Position numbers and translations under genes: made by a program. The notes beneath the pieces are model-generated. The model searched no databases, was not told the DNA's origin, and saw nothing but the letters and a program-made list of their open reading frames with translations. A DNA stretch of 64,000 bases. Origin: an uncultured Bacteroidales bacterium (GTDB lineage Bacteria; Bacillota_I; Bacilli_A; ML615J-28; CAG-698). Location of the stretch: positions 132-64,131 of the forward strand of contig CAZFAM010000005.1 of assembly GCA_964516425.1 (NCBI GenBank). The letters run 5' to 3'. Below are positions 18,356-29,636 of this stretch, one piece after another; the stretch's first letter is position 1; every line of letters starts with the position of its first letter.

Positions 18356-19834
18356 TTATTTTTGTAATAATAAACTATCTTGCACAGGTTCCATAGTTAC
18401 ATCAATACCAATCTTTTTCAATGTCGCAATTTCATCTTTATGTAACATTTCCGAAGAATGCATTTGAGTTGATTTTAATTTTGACAACTGATCTAAAGCT
18501 TTTTTTGCCATTGAGTTTGTGGAAGCAGTAATTGCTAGAGCAATTAACACTTCATCTAAACACAATCTTGTGGAATGATGTAAATGAATCTTTTTTAAAT
18601 TCCTAATTGGTTCAATAATTGTTGGTGACAATAATGTTAAATCATCAGGTATTTTTGCATAATATTTTAAAGCATTTATAATTGATGAAGCAGTCGCTTC
18701 TAATAAATCAGATTTTTTACCAGTAATCATAATACCATTATTTAATTCTAGTGCTACGCAAGGAACACCTTTTTCTTGTGCTTTCTTAATTGCTTTAGCA
18801 ACACAATGACGGTCATCAACTGTAATATCTAATTGCTTCATAATAAATTCGATTTTATCAACACTTTGAACTTTAAAAACCCCCAACATGCAATTACATT
18901 TAGCATCTAAATATCTTCTTATAATTTCTTGCTTACTTGATTCATGAGCTTTATTAAAATCATCAATACAGAAACCAGCCATATTAACACCCATATCAGT
19001 TGGTGACTTATAAGGACTAGATCCATATATTTTTTCAAACATCTTATTTAATACAGGAAATACTTCTAAATCACGATTATAGTTAACTGCAGATACTTGA
19101 TATGCTTCTAAATGAAAATAGTCAATCATATTAACATCTTTCAAATCAGCAGTTGCAGTTTCATAAGCTAAATTTACTGGATCAGATAAAGGCAGATTCC
19201 AAATTGGAAATGTTTCATATTTAGCATATCCCGCCTTAATTCCCCTTTTGTTTTCTTGATATAATTGTGACAAGCAAGTAGCCATCTTTCCACTTCCAGG
19301 CCCTGGAGCTGTTACAATGATAATAGGTCTAGTTGTTTCCACATAATCATTTTTTCCAAAACCTTCATCACTTAAAATGTAATCAACATTGTGAGGATAT
19401 CCTTCAATTGGATAATGAATGTATGACTTAATACCTAAATTACTTAATTTCAAACGAAATGCTTCAACTAATGGTTGATTATTATATTGAGTTATAACAA
19501 TAGAATTAACTTTTAGTCCGATATTTTTAAACTGATCACATAAGCGTAATGTATCATTTTCATAAGTCAAACCAATATCTCCTCTTGCTTTTGCATTTTG
19601 AATATCATTGGCATTAATTGAAATGACAACTTCTACTTTGCTTTTTAAAGTTAATAAAACACGAACCTTCGAATCAATTTCAAAACCCTTTAAAACTCTT
19701 GAAGCATGATAATCATCAAAAATTTTGCCCCCAAACTCAATATATAACTTGCCATCAAATTGATTAACTCTTTCTAATATTTTTTCACTTTGTAATTTTA
19801 AATACTTTTTATTATTAAACGATTTCGTTTGCAT
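18356..19834 (-). CDS. DUF1846 / UPF0371 family protein
   Basis: N-terminus YLKLQSEKILERVNQFDGKLYIEFGGKIFDDYHASRVL matches the remembered UPF0371 signature. ATG 19834 follows GGTGAGGAGA. Confidence 0.85.
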   Translation of the reverse strand: MQTKSFNNKKYLKLQSEKILERVNQFDGKLYIEFGGKIFDDYHASRVLKGFEIDSKVRVLLTLKSKVEVVISINANDIQNAKARGDIGLTYENDTLRLCDQFKNIGLKVNSIVITQYNNQPLVEAFRLKLSNLGIKSYIHYPIEGYPHNVDYILSDEGFGKNDYVETTRPIIIVTAPGPGSGKMATCLSQLYQENKRGIKAGYAKYETFPIWNLPLSDPVNLAYETATADLKDVNMIDYFHLEAYQVSAVNYNRDLEVFPVLNKMFEKIYGSSPYKSPTDMGVNMAGFCIDDFNKAHESSKQEIIRRYLDAKCNCMLGVFKVQSVDKIEFIMKQLDITVDDRHCVAKAIKKAQEKGVPCVALELNNGIMITGKKSDLLEATASSIINALKYYAKIPDDLTLLSPTIIEPIRNLKKIHLHHSTRLCLDEVLIALAITASTNSMAKKALDQLSKLKSTQMHSSEMLHKDEIATLKKIGIDVTMEPVQDSLLLQK

Positions 19835-19864
19835 TCTCCTCACCTTTGAATATTACTAAAAAAT

Positions 19865-20422
19865 TTATTTTGATTCAATTACTCCATAATTTCCATCATT
19901 TCGTAAATATACTACAGCTGTTTTATGTGTATGTTTATCTAAATATAAATAAAAGTCATGTCCTGACATTTCCATTTCTAAAATAGCATCCTCACGATCC
20001 ATTGGTTCTAACTCAATTTGTTTTTCTTTCACTAATGCTTTTAAGTCATTAATTGGATCTATATTTTCCATATTAAATTCCGCTTGTTGTTTAGACAAAT
20101 GTCCTTTTACACCTTCACGTCTTTTAATACTTGATTCAATTTTCGATTTATGTCTTCTAATTTGCGTTTCTAATTTATCCACGACTAAATCAATAGCTGC
20201 TAATACACTTTCTGCTTTAACCTCAGCTCTTAGGATTATATTTTTTGTTGGTACTGTCACCTCTACAACTTCATAAGAATCATAGGCTTTACATACTACA
20301 TCAGCTTGAATGTCATCAGATTTTTTAAAATACTGATTAAGTTTTTGCAACTTCTCTGAAGCAACTAACTTTTCTTTTTCACTTGGAACATACTTGTTCT
20401 TTCCACGTACATTAACCTTCAT
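19865..20422 (-). CDS. hpf: Ribosome hibernation promoting factor, long form
   Basis: 185 aa with the MKVNVRGKN start typical of long HPF and a C-terminal dimerisation domain (DFYLYLD...VVYLRNDGNYGVIE). AGGAGG RBS. Confidence 0.9.
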   Translation of the reverse strand: MKVNVRGKNKYVPSEKEKLVASEKLQKLNQYFKKSDDIQADVVCKAYDSYEVVEVTVPTKNIILRAEVKAESVLAAIDLVVDKLETQIRRHKSKIESSIKRREGVKGHLSKQQAEFNMENIDPINDLKALVKEKQIELEPMDREDAILEMEMSGHDFYLYLDKHTHKTAVVYLRNDGNYGVIESK

Positions 20423-20491
20423 AAATATCCTCCTAATATATTATATTATACAAGTATCCTTGTACAACTAAATTTTATCACATTTTTTTGA

Positions 20492-20806
20492 TTAAAGCAA
20501 TACAATAAATAAATCATTTTTTTCATTTAAAAACAGTGGAAATAATGTGAATATTTTTTCATATTCTTTTTCACTTAATACTAAAAATTGATAATTATTT
20601 TGATTAATAATAATATCTTTTAAGATTAATTTACAATACTTATTATACATTTCTTTGATTGGACATTTATAATTAAATTCATAAATATATATTTTATTAT
20701 ACCCAATATTTATATAATTTATTAGAAAATATTGTTCACAATTTTCACATGTATAAAACGCAAACAAATTAAAAAGAGTTCTCTTAGTAAATTTGAAACA
20801 GTTCAT
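20492..20806 (-). CDS. Hypothetical small protein
   Basis: 104-aa ORF with a good RBS (GCAGGAGA) and CxxC near the N-terminus. No family recognised. Confidence 0.4.
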   Translation of the reverse strand: MNCFKFTKRTLFNLFAFYTCENCEQYFLINYINIGYNKIYIYEFNYKCPIKEMYNKYCKLILKDIIINQNNYQFLVLSEKEYEKIFTLFPLFLNEKNDLFIVLL

Positions 20807-20851
20807 ATATTTCTCCTGCTTATATATTTACCAAAAAAACTCAATTTTACT

Positions 20852-21820
20852 TTAATTAGTTTTTACTTCTTTTGTATATGCTCTTGCATCAGTATAATAA
20901 TATTTAATTTGTAAGTTCAAATTATCATTAGTATCATTAATGTATTTTAAAATGACATTTGATGGAATTGCATATCCTAAATTTTCACTTGAAGATGTAA
21001 CAATTTTAAAAGAATTTATTCCAATAACTGATCCCCAAGCATTACATAATGGTCCACCACTATTTCCAGGATTTATCGCGGCATCTGTTTGAATTGCTTC
21101 TACAACAACACTATTTTCTTCAAAGAAACGCACAGGAGCACTAACAACACCTTTTGTTACTGACATTCCATATCCATTTGCATTACCAATAGCAATACAT
21201 GTTTCTCCATAATATAATTTATTAGCATTTTCTGTTTGATATTCACTATCAGTGGAACTTGTTATATTATAAAAAACGGCATATTGGACATTATCTAGAC
21301 TACTAACATCCATTTTTAAAATTGCTAAATCGAGAGATGAATCAGCAGTTACAACTTCAGCTTTAAATGTTACATCACTATCTGCATAATTTAATTTAAT
21401 ATCATAACTTTCATATTGTAAATTATAATAATTACTTTCATTACTAACTGTAACAACATGGGCATTTGTTAAAACATATCCACTTTCATTAATGATAATT
21501 CCTGTTGCTTGACAACTTTCAGAACTATATTTAGTTTTCATTTCTGATGATCCAAAAAAACCATATATAATTTGTTTATATGAAAAATTAATTGTACAAT
21601 TAATTTCTACGGTTGCTGGCATTACAATATTAGCAACTGTTGTAGCAACATTAACATCTGATATACTTTCATATTCCTCTACTTCATTAACTAATAATCC
21701 ATAACGAGTGTCAATATTTTTGTCACTTGGATCATCATTTACTAAAGAACATCCAGATAACATAATAACACATAATATAATTATGAAAACATTAAATACT
21801 TTTTTAATTCTTTTATTCAT
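20852..21820 (-). CDS. Trypsin-like (S1C/HtrA-type, no PDZ) serine protease lipoprotein
   Basis: Lipobox LSGCS, catalytic motifs TNAHV and GNSGGPL, AGAGGTG RBS. Confidence 0.8.
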   Translation of the reverse strand: MNKRIKKVFNVFIIILCVIMLSGCSLVNDDPSDKNIDTRYGLLVNEVEEYESISDVNVATTVANIVMPATVEINCTINFSYKQIIYGFFGSSEMKTKYSSESCQATGIIINESGYVLTNAHVVTVSNESNYYNLQYESYDIKLNYADSDVTFKAEVVTADSSLDLAILKMDVSSLDNVQYAVFYNITSSTDSEYQTENANKLYYGETCIAIGNANGYGMSVTKGVVSAPVRFFEENSVVVEAIQTDAAINPGNSGGPLCNAWGSVIGINSFKIVTSSSENLGYAIPSNVILKYINDTNDNLNLQIKYYYTDARAYTKEVKTN

Positions 21821-21883
21821 AATAACACCTCTTTATATTATTATAAAACGATAAACTAAAATGATACTTAATTTAAGACAATT

Positions 21884-24277
21884 TTAAGCAACTATACTAA
21901 CAAGTTTATTGGCAATTACAATTACTTTTTTAATTCCATTTTGGATGTATGGTTTAATTTTCTCACTAGCTAATGCTAAACGTTCTAATTCTTCTTTAGA
22001 AGTATCTTTTTCAACTTCTAATTTATCACGCATTTTACCATTAACTTGAATTACAATTGTAATCATATTTTCAACTGTTTTTGCTTCATCATATTTTGGC
22101 CATGTTTCATATGCCAAAGAAGTTTGATGATTAAATATTGTTTCCCACAATTCTTCAGTCATATGTGGAGCTAATGGATTTAATAATTTCACAAATCCTT
22201 CCGCATACTCTACTGGAAAGACACTTTCTTTATACACAGCATTCACAAATATCATCATTTGCGCAATAGCAGTATTAAACTTTAATGCTTCATAATCAAT
22301 TGTGACTTTCTTTACTGTTTGATGATATACTTTTTCTAAATTCTTATTTTCTTGATTTTGAATTTTAGCTTCATCATTATATAAACGCCAAATTCTTTCT
22401 AAGAATTTACGAGTACCTTCAATACCTTTAGCATCCCATGGTTTATCAGCCTCAAGTGGTCCCATAAACATTTCATATAAACGAAGTGTATCTGCACCAT
22501 ATTGTTTTACAACATCATTTGGATCAACTACATATTCTGGGAATCTCTTGCCCATTTTAATTCCATTTGATCCTAAAATCATACCTTGGTGTACAAGTTT
22601 TTTAAATGGTTCTTCTACTGAAACAATTCCTTTATCATATAAATAATTATTCCACATTCTTGAATATAATAAATGACCAACTGCATGTTCAGGTCCACCA
22701 ATGTATAAATCAACAGGCATCCAATGTTTTAACAATTCTTTATTAGCAATTTCAATATTATTGTTTGGATCAATATATCTTAAAAAATACCAGCTAGAAC
22801 CTGCACTTCCGGGCATTGTGGAAGTTTCACGTACCGCATTTTTACCATCCACTTTCACATTTACCCAATCTGTAGCCTTAGCTAATGGTGATAATCCACC
22901 TTGTGGTTTATAATCATCTAACTCTGGTAAAATAAGTGGTAATTCATCATCGTTCAATGCTCTTGTAGTTCCATCTTCAAATGTAACAACTGGAATTGGT
23001 TCTCCCCAATATCTTTGACGAGCAAATATCCATTCACGAAGACGATAATTAATCTTTTTAGTTCCTAAATTATGTTTTTCTAAATATTCAATCATAGTAT
23101 TGATAGCTGCTTCTTTTCCTAAACCATTTAAGAACTCAGAATTAATATGAACACCATCACCAGTAAATGCGGAAACATTAATATCTCCACCTTCTAATAC
23201 TGGAATAATATCAATACCAAATTTTTTCGCAAATGCATAATCACGGTCATCATGAGCAGGTACAGCCATTATGGCTCCAGTTCCATATGTGACTAAAACA
23301 TAATCAGAAATCCAAATTGGAATCTTTTTATTATTTACAGGATTAATAGCGTATGCACCTGTAAACACTCCTGTTTTTTCTTTATTTAATTCAGTTCTTT
23401 CTAAATCACTTTTTTTGGAACAAATATCAATATATTGTAATACTGCATCTTTTTGCTCTTCGGTCATTATTTTTTTAACCAAAGAATGTTCAGGAGCTAA
23501 AACACAATATGTTGCCCCAAATAATGTATCACAACGTGTTGTAAATACTGTAAATGTTTCGTCACATCCACTAACACTAAATTTAACATGAGCACCTACT
23601 GATTTGCCAATCCAATTTCTTTGGATTTCTTTAGTTGATTCTGGCCAATCTAAATTATCCAAATTATTTAAAAGTCTTTCCGCATATTTAGGAATATCAA
23701 TTACCCATTGTTTCATGTTTTTTCGAACAACTGGATAACCTCCTCTTTCACTTTTGCCATCTATTACTTCATCGTTTGCTAAAACAGTTCCTAATTCTTC
23801 ACACCAATTTACTGGCATATCAACTTTTTTAGCTAAACCATCATTATATAATTGCTTAAATATCCATTGTGTCCATTTATAAAACGAAGGATCGCAAGTG
23901 GAAATTTCCTTAGTCCAATCATATGAAAAGCCAAGCATCATCAATTGTTGTTTAAAAGTTTCAATATTTGTCTTAGTAAAACCCTCTGGATGATTTCCTG
24001 TATTAATAGCATATTGTTCTGCAGGTAATCCGAATGAATCAAACCCCATTGGATGCAATACATTATATCCTTGCATTCTCTTCATTCTACATACAACATC
24101 TGTAGCTGTATAACCTTCTGGATGACCCGCATGAAGTCCAACACCTGATGGATATGGGAACATATCTAATGCGTAAAATTTAGGTTTACTAAAATCCCAA
24201 GTATCAGTTTTAAATGTTTCATTTTTCTTCCAATACTCTTGCCATTTTTTTTCGATTTCTATATGATTATAATTCAT
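21884..24277 (-). CDS. leuS: Leucine--tRNA ligase
   Basis: HAGHPEGY (HIGH-type) and KMGKR (KMSKS-type) motifs, about 797 aa. ATG 24277 follows GAGGGA and lies 1 nt after the upstream stop. Confidence 0.97.
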   Translation of the reverse strand: MNYNHIEIEKKWQEYWKKNETFKTDTWDFSKPKFYALDMFPYPSGVGLHAGHPEGYTATDVVCRMKRMQGYNVLHPMGFDSFGLPAEQYAINTGNHPEGFTKTNIETFKQQLMMLGFSYDWTKEISTCDPSFYKWTQWIFKQLYNDGLAKKVDMPVNWCEELGTVLANDEVIDGKSERGGYPVVRKNMKQWVIDIPKYAERLLNNLDNLDWPESTKEIQRNWIGKSVGAHVKFSVSGCDETFTVFTTRCDTLFGATYCVLAPEHSLVKKIMTEEQKDAVLQYIDICSKKSDLERTELNKEKTGVFTGAYAINPVNNKKIPIWISDYVLVTYGTGAIMAVPAHDDRDYAFAKKFGIDIIPVLEGGDINVSAFTGDGVHINSEFLNGLGKEAAINTMIEYLEKHNLGTKKINYRLREWIFARQRYWGEPIPVVTFEDGTTRALNDDELPLILPELDDYKPQGGLSPLAKATDWVNVKVDGKNAVRETSTMPGSAGSSWYFLRYIDPNNNIEIANKELLKHWMPVDLYIGGPEHAVGHLLYSRMWNNYLYDKGIVSVEEPFKKLVHQGMILGSNGIKMGKRFPEYVVDPNDVVKQYGADTLRLYEMFMGPLEADKPWDAKGIEGTRKFLERIWRLYNDEAKIQNQENKNLEKVYHQTVKKVTIDYEALKFNTAIAQMMIFVNAVYKESVFPVEYAEGFVKLLNPLAPHMTEELWETIFNHQTSLAYETWPKYDEAKTVENMITIVIQVNGKMRDKLEVEKDTSKEELERLALASEKIKPYIQNGIKKVIVIANKLVSIVA

Positions 24278-24278
24278 C

Positions 24279-25106
24279 TTACTTTCCCTCATTTCTTATG
24301 TTATACATATTTTCTAATGTTTTTGTTTGTGCAACAAAACTATAGATTGCGGATAATAAATATCCTAAATATATTAATAATTGCATTCCAAATAAACTTG
24401 CAAATAAACTACAAAATACAAATGGCGTTAAATTATAAATACTTAATTTAAATAATCCAGAAAACTTAATTACATTTCCATATTTCATTTTACCGAAAAT
24501 CGCTAAGACAAATGCGAAAACACATAGCCATGCTAACCAATAAAAGAAATAAATTATAGTAGATAATATAACAAACATTGGTCGTGCTTTATTATATTCA
24601 TTATTCATTATATAAAATATATTATCCCAAAACTTAAATGAATTAATTAATTGTTGATCACTCAAATCAAGATTTGTTAGATAATCATATTCAGTGTATG
24701 AAATAATTGGTATAGCTAATGTTGATACTTTAATATATACTTTATCTTTTGCTAATACAATTGACAATTCATCAAATTCAGATGTAACGTTATTTACGTT
24801 TTCAGTAATATAAAAAGTAATTCCAGTTAAATTCTTATTTTGATATATAAAAGCATTATCACCATCACTATTTTTTAATTCTCCCTTTTCTATAGTAAAA
24901 GGAATGTTCTCATTAATAAATGAATTTCTAATTTCCGTTTCTCCTGAATCTGTTATTAATTGACTTGTTGAAACAGATAAAACAACAGGAACTAACATTA
25001 GTATTACTAACAGTAATAAATATAATAAAGTTTTACCAAAATTTTCATAATAATAATTTGCACATTCTTTAGGTGAAAGCAGACCATTCGATAATCTTTT
25101 AAACAT
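24279..25106 (-). CDS. DUF1189 (YvdJ-like) membrane protein
   Basis: N-terminus LLSPKE...[10 protein letters not shown] followed by TM helices. AAGGAG RBS. Confidence 0.6.
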   Translation of the reverse strand: MFKRLSNGLLSPKECANYYYENFGKTLLYLLLLVILMLVPVVLSVSTSQLITDSGETEIRNSFINENIPFTIEKGELKNSDGDNAFIYQNKNLTGITFYITENVNNVTSEFDELSIVLAKDKVYIKVSTLAIPIISYTEYDYLTNLDLSDQQLINSFKFWDNIFYIMNNEYNKARPMFVILSTIIYFFYWLAWLCVFAFVLAIFGKMKYGNVIKFSGLFKLSIYNLTPFVFCSLFASLFGMQLLIYLGYLLSAIYSFVAQTKTLENMYNIRNEGK

Positions 25107-25584
25107 TTTTTTCTCCTTTATTTATTCAAAATAATATATAATTTATAATATTATATCATTTTTTAGTATGATTTTCAATAATTATAACAAATCATTCTTA
25201 ACTAAGAATTAAACAATAATATTTAATTAGTAATTATTGGTAAAATTAATATTCGCACTTAACAATCCAAATGAAAATAAAAAAAGAAACTTTAAAACTA
25301 AGTTTATCTCTTAGACAAATTAATAGAGTTATTAAAACATACCAGGCAAAATGCTTTGATGAAATAATTGAACAAGATAGTTCTATACATAAATGGTTTC
25401 GCAAAACAGAAACATTTTTACATTTAGCTGTTTACAAATCAACTGTTTATTGACTAATTGATTATTACAAACAAGGCTTCGGCCCCGCTATTTAGGGATA
25501 GTATAAAAATTTAAGATTGTAACTTCAATTAATACTTTTTTTCATCTATAACTATTATTTTAATTTTTTTTGCTACTTTAGTAC

Positions 25585-25625
25585 AAAAAAGCTGATAGAA
25601 AACCTATAATAGGCTACTTATCAGC
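25585..25625 (-). terminator. Intrinsic terminator after the DUF1016 gene
   Basis: Minus strand stem GCTGATA / TATCAGC with an inner CCTAT/ATAGG pairing, followed by T6. Confidence 0.7.
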
Positions 25626-25686
25626 AATTTTACTTAATTATATTTCTAATTAATTTTTAGACATTTTATTACTTGTTTGTTAACTT

Positions 25687-26712
25687 TTATTGAGATTTCT
25701 TATCAAAATTATCAATAACTTTTCTTACTTCATTTTGTAATACTTCTATATCAGGCATCACTGTTGTATATTTAGCAGCATAAATATTATTCTGTAGCCC
25801 TTGAATGGAAAGTTCAGCAATTGATTGTTCTTTATCTGCACATAATATAATACCAATTGGGTTTTGATCTAATTCATCATTAATTTCATTTTTATAATAA
25901 TTAATATACATATTCATTTGACCAAAATTTTCAGGTTTAAGCTTATTAATTTTTAAATCTATTAATACATATGCTCTTAATATTTTATTATAAAACACCA
26001 TATCCACATAATAATTCATTCCAGCAATACTAATTCTCTGCTGCGAACCAACAAACATAAAGCCTCTGCCAAGTTCTAGTAAGAATTCTTCAATATGCTC
26101 AATTAAAGCTTTTTCTAAATCTGATTCCAACATTGGTTTTTCTTCAGGTAAACACACAAACTCAACAACCATTGGATCTTTAATGAAACTATCTGGTGTA
26201 TTATATGTAATTCCTTTTTTAGCTAATTCTAATACTGTTTCCTTATTAACTTCTCCTTTTGATAATAATAATCTTTGATATAAGGCAGAATCAATTTGTC
26301 TTTCTAATGCTCTTACACTCCAATTAGAATTTTCACATTCATGTTCATAAAATGCTCTTTCGTTTTTATCTGAAATTGCTAGTAATAATAAATAATGGGA
26401 CCAACTTAATTTTCCAGACAGTGTCTGGAATTTTGGATATTCAATATAAAATTTTCTCATACTAAATAAATTTGTTTTAGAAAATCCTCTTCCGAATTCA
26501 TTAGTTAATTCTTTTGAAATTTCTTTTAAAAGTCTAGTTCCATATTCAGCTTTCAAATTACCATTTTGTTCTTCTTCAACAATTCGTTTACCAATATTCC
26601 AATATGTTTGAAGCATTATTGTATTAACATTAGTAATAACAACTTTTCTAGATTGTTCAATTATATTTTTTAAATCTGAATATAGCTCAATATTAACAAT
26701 TTCATTTTTCAT
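25687..26712 (-). CDS. DUF1016 / YhcG-family PDDEXK nuclease domain protein
   Basis: N-terminal YWNIGKRIVEEEQNG...YG, SWSHYLLLL, and C-terminal DMVFYN...VLIDLKINK...GQMNMYINYY (D...D/E-x-K core). Confidence 0.85.
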   Translation of the reverse strand: MKNEIVNIELYSDLKNIIEQSRKVVITNVNTIMLQTYWNIGKRIVEEEQNGNLKAEYGTRLLKEISKELTNEFGRGFSKTNLFSMRKFYIEYPKFQTLSGKLSWSHYLLLLAISDKNERAFYEHECENSNWSVRALERQIDSALYQRLLLSKGEVNKETVLELAKKGITYNTPDSFIKDPMVVEFVCLPEEKPMLESDLEKALIEHIEEFLLELGRGFMFVGSQQRISIAGMNYYVDMVFYNKILRAYVLIDLKINKLKPENFGQMNMYINYYKNEINDELDQNPIGIILCADKEQSIAELSIQGLQNNIYAAKYTTVMPDIEVLQNEVRKVIDNFDKKSQ

Positions 26713-26907
26713 AGTACCAACTCCTACTTTTATTATACACTTTTTAATTGGTTTTTACAATTAAGATAAAACAAATTTTTGTATGCTAGCTCTTACGAAA
26801 ATATTACTATTCTAAATTATTAAACAATAATGCACCAATTAAAAACAATAACAAATCAAAGATAATAACATAAATAATAGTAGCAATAAAAAATATTAAT
26901 TTTTAGC

Positions 26908-26933
26908 AAAAGGGACTCATTTCGAGCCCCTTT
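26908..26933 (-). terminator. Hairpin terminator after the lipoprotein gene
   Basis: Minus strand 10-bp GC-rich stem AAAGGGGCTC / GAGTCCCTTT (one G-U pair) running into TTTT. Confidence 0.55.
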
Positions 26934-27013
26934 AGAAGGATTATAAAGCACCCCCAGTTATTTTATAGGCACTTTTAACTAACCACCAATTATTTTAAAT
27001 TACCGTTTTATTA

Positions 27014-27766
27014 TTATTTATAATCATCAAAATCAGGAAATTCAATTTCGATATCTGATGTAGAAACACCTAAAAATTTAACTTCTAATGTTGCAGTAGT
27101 TAAACCAACTATTTCCACTTTAACACCTGAAACAGCATTATCTTTATATGTAATATATGCTTTTACAGAATCTTTTTCTTTTAAACTTCCACATATAGAT
27201 TCTAATTCTTCGTCGTCATAATCGCCACTTTCAACAACATATGTTCCAAGATTTAATTCCACTTCAACAACATCATCTTTAAAAGACTTAATTTCAGAAT
27301 GAGTAAAGAAACTACTTCCTAAAATTAACTTCACTTTTCTAGTATAAGCATCAAATCCATAAGTTGCTGCAATTGTTTCACTTTCAGTTTCTGTAACTTT
27401 TACAACTGTTTTTGATGTATCATAACGATTCATATATGCTTTTCCATCTTCAACATAACAACTTAATTCACCATCACTATCTTTAAAAATGGATGCTAAA
27501 CTAGAAATACCATATTTGCCTTCTTCAAAATTATAAACTAAATCTAATGTTGAAGTATCAGAACCATTAACTATAATTACTTGCACTTTAGCATGTTCAG
27601 CCTCTTCATATTCACTAAACACTTTTGCTACAGCATCTTTTACATCCTCAATTTTAACATCTGTATCACCGCCAACAGGTGGGTCATCTGGATCATCACA
27701 GCCAACTACTAAAAAAGTACATATTAATAATACTAAACAAAGCATTAATCTTTTAATTGTTTTCAT
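27014..27766 (-). CDS. Lipoprotein, function unknown
   Basis: Lipobox LVVGCDD, acidic beta-rich mature part, GGAGGA RBS. Confidence 0.7.
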   Translation of the reverse strand: MKTIKRLMLCLVLLICTFLVVGCDDPDDPPVGGDTDVKIEDVKDAVAKVFSEYEEAEHAKVQVIIVNGSDTSTLDLVYNFEEGKYGISSLASIFKDSDGELSCYVEDGKAYMNRYDTSKTVVKVTETESETIAATYGFDAYTRKVKLILGSSFFTHSEIKSFKDDVVEVELNLGTYVVESGDYDDEELESICGSLKEKDSVKAYITYKDNAVSGVKVEIVGLTTATLEVKFLGVSTSDIEIEFPDFDDYK

Positions 27767-27823
27767 TTTTATCCTCCGATATATAATTATTATACTATTA
27801 ATTTAGTTAAAACACAAGAAGTT

Positions 27824-28798
27824 TTAGTTTTTATCCTTAAATATATTTTCAAAATATTTTATATCTAAATCATACGAACAAGGTAATCCTGTTATATATG
27901 ATAGATCTTTAAAATATAAATCAAAATCAAATGAATCATTTAGAAAAATAGCACGATATAAATCATTAATACAATTTACAGCTTTTGTTTTCGCAATATC
28001 TAATAAATCAAAAAAGCTATAAGTATAAGTAACTTCTTTATCTACTGGATTATACCATTCTTTTCTTTTAAAATTGAAAATATCAATTTTTGATGATGGT
28101 ATTTTCTTATCATAATAAGATAACATTGATAAATCAATCACTGATTTACCATCATCTTTTTTACGTAAAATTTTATTTTTTAAACCAAATGGATCATAAA
28201 TACATCTATAAAATCTTCTTTGCCATTTAATAGAATTATTTACTAATTTATAACCATTACTCTTTTTATAAACTTCATAAAGTCTATCAAAAGATTCTTT
28301 ACTAGATTTGTTAATTCTTTTTAATTTTAATATTTTATTAGTAATATTAAAAGTATTAGAATTAGCATCATAGTAATTTTCAATAACATAACAATCCATT
28401 GCTCGTTCTAATTTATTATGTAAACCACGATAACATAATGTGTCTTCTTCTTCAGGTTTATAAATTCCTGTACAATAATAAATATATGGATGCGTTAATG
28501 TATCCAAATAATAATGAGTTACATAACCACATAAATAATTAAACATATTATAATCAACTTTTGATAATTCTATTAATTTTGCAAAAAACTCTTTAGTTTT
28601 GTGGCGATGCATATATTCACCAAACGCTAAACTTTCTTTATTTAATTTTGAATTTAGAAAATTACTATAGAAAAAAGGATCTGGGCCTGCAGTAGCAAAA
28701 TCATATAAATTAACATTTGATATTGCATTTTTAACATTTTCTTCTAAAGCACTATATACCACTTTACCAAAGTGGTGATGCATGACAACGTCTGGCAT
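27824..28798 (-). CDS. Zinc-dependent phospholipase C-like family protein
   Basis: MPDVVMHHHFG start, GPDPFFY, MHRHKT and HYYLDTLTHPYIYY match the remembered Zn_dep_PLPC pattern. Confidence 0.6.
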   Translation of the reverse strand: MPDVVMHHHFGKVVYSALEENVKNAISNVNLYDFATAGPDPFFYSNFLNSKLNKESLAFGEYMHRHKTKEFFAKLIELSKVDYNMFNYLCGYVTHYYLDTLTHPYIYYCTGIYKPEEEDTLCYRGLHNKLERAMDCYVIENYYDANSNTFNITNKILKLKRINKSSKESFDRLYEVYKKSNGYKLVNNSIKWQRRFYRCIYDPFGLKNKILRKKDDGKSVIDLSMLSYYDKKIPSSKIDIFNFKRKEWYNPVDKEVTYTYSFFDLLDIAKTKAVNCINDLYRAIFLNDSFDFDLYFKDLSYITGLPCSYDLDIKYFENIFKDKN

Positions 28799-28810
28799 AT
28801 AATATTCCTC

Positions 28811-29635
28811 CTACCATTTGGGATAATTAACTATCTCAATTTTATTATTTGTCCATGGATGAATAAACATTAATGAAAAGCAATGAAGCCTTAAGTAATC
28901 ACTTTTATTTCCATATAATTCATCACCTACTAAAGGATGATTTAAATATGAAAAATGAACTCTTATTTGATGTGTTCTTCCAGTTTCTAATAAAACTTCT
29001 ACTAAATCTTTATTTTCCATGTTTTTTAAAACTTTATAAACTGTTTTAGATTGTTTTCCTGATTCACTAACATATCTTTTAATTGAAGGGGCATCATATC
29101 TAGCAATAGGTAAATTAATAATACCTTGTTCAGGATTAATATGGCCTTCAATTTCACATAAATATTTTTTTTCGATTTTTATTTTAGAAAAAGCAAAATG
29201 AGTAACTCCATCTTTTGCAATAATCATTAAACCACTTGTTTGATAATCAAGTCTATTAACTAAATGAATATTACTATTAATACCTTTCTTCATAAAATAA
29301 TTCTTTACAATGCTTACTACATTATCTGAAACATGTTTTCTTGATGGTTGTGAAGATATAGCTCTTGGTTTATTAATAATCATCAAATATTCATCTTCAT
29401 ACTTAATATCTAAAGGCATATCATTTTCAACTATTTCCTCATTCATATTTTCCTGAAAACGTAGTTCTAATACATCACCTTTTTTTAATGGAAAATAATT
29501 TTTTGACTTTGCTCCATTAATATATATAATATCTTGTAATCTAACTTTCTTTCTTATATTTCTTGATAAACCAATTTTTTCTAAATATTCTTTTACTAAA
29601 ATATTATCTTCTTGTATTATATATTTTAAAATCAT
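28811..29635 (-). CDS. RluA-family pseudouridine synthase with an N-terminal S4-like domain
   Basis: Catalytic motif NRLDYQTSGLMIIAK and C-terminal GRTHQIRVH. Confidence 0.9.
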   Translation of the reverse strand: MILKYIIQEDNILVKEYLEKIGLSRNIRKKVRLQDIIYINGAKSKNYFPLKKGDVLELRFQENMNEEIVENDMPLDIKYEDEYLMIINKPRAISSQPSRKHVSDNVVSIVKNYFMKKGINSNIHLVNRLDYQTSGLMIIAKDGVTHFAFSKIKIEKKYLCEIEGHINPEQGIINLPIARYDAPSIKRYVSESGKQSKTVYKVLKNMENKDLVEVLLETGRTHQIRVHFSYLNHPLVGDELYGNKSDYLRLHCFSLMFIHPWTNNKIEIVNYPKW

Positions 29636-29636
29636 A

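Noticed and set aside
20492-20806. Idea that the 104-aa CxxC protein upstream of hpf is a remnant of ComFC (the comF-hpf-secA-prfB synteny of Bacilli).
   Set aside because: Only a CxxC pair and the position support it. No phosphoribosyltransferase motifs are present, so the claim cannot be made from sequence alone.
24278-24400. Looked for a T-box leader upstream of leuS.
   Set aside because: leuS starts 1 nt after the stop of the DUF1189 gene, which leaves no room for a leader. It is co-transcribed instead.
25271-25453. 60-aa ORF with the HTH-like string LSLRQINRVIK, considered as a transposase or regulator remnant.
   Set aside because: It is too short and has no RBS or recognisable family. 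It is kept only as circumstantial evidence for an insertion scar in the DUF1016 islet finding.
25474-25500. GC-rich patch AAGGCTTCGGCCCCGCTATTTAGGGATAG, considered as a tRNA 3' fragment or att site.
   Set aside because: It has no T-loop (GTTCRANNC) or acceptor-stem pattern, and I found no matching direct repeat on the other side of the DUF1016 gene.
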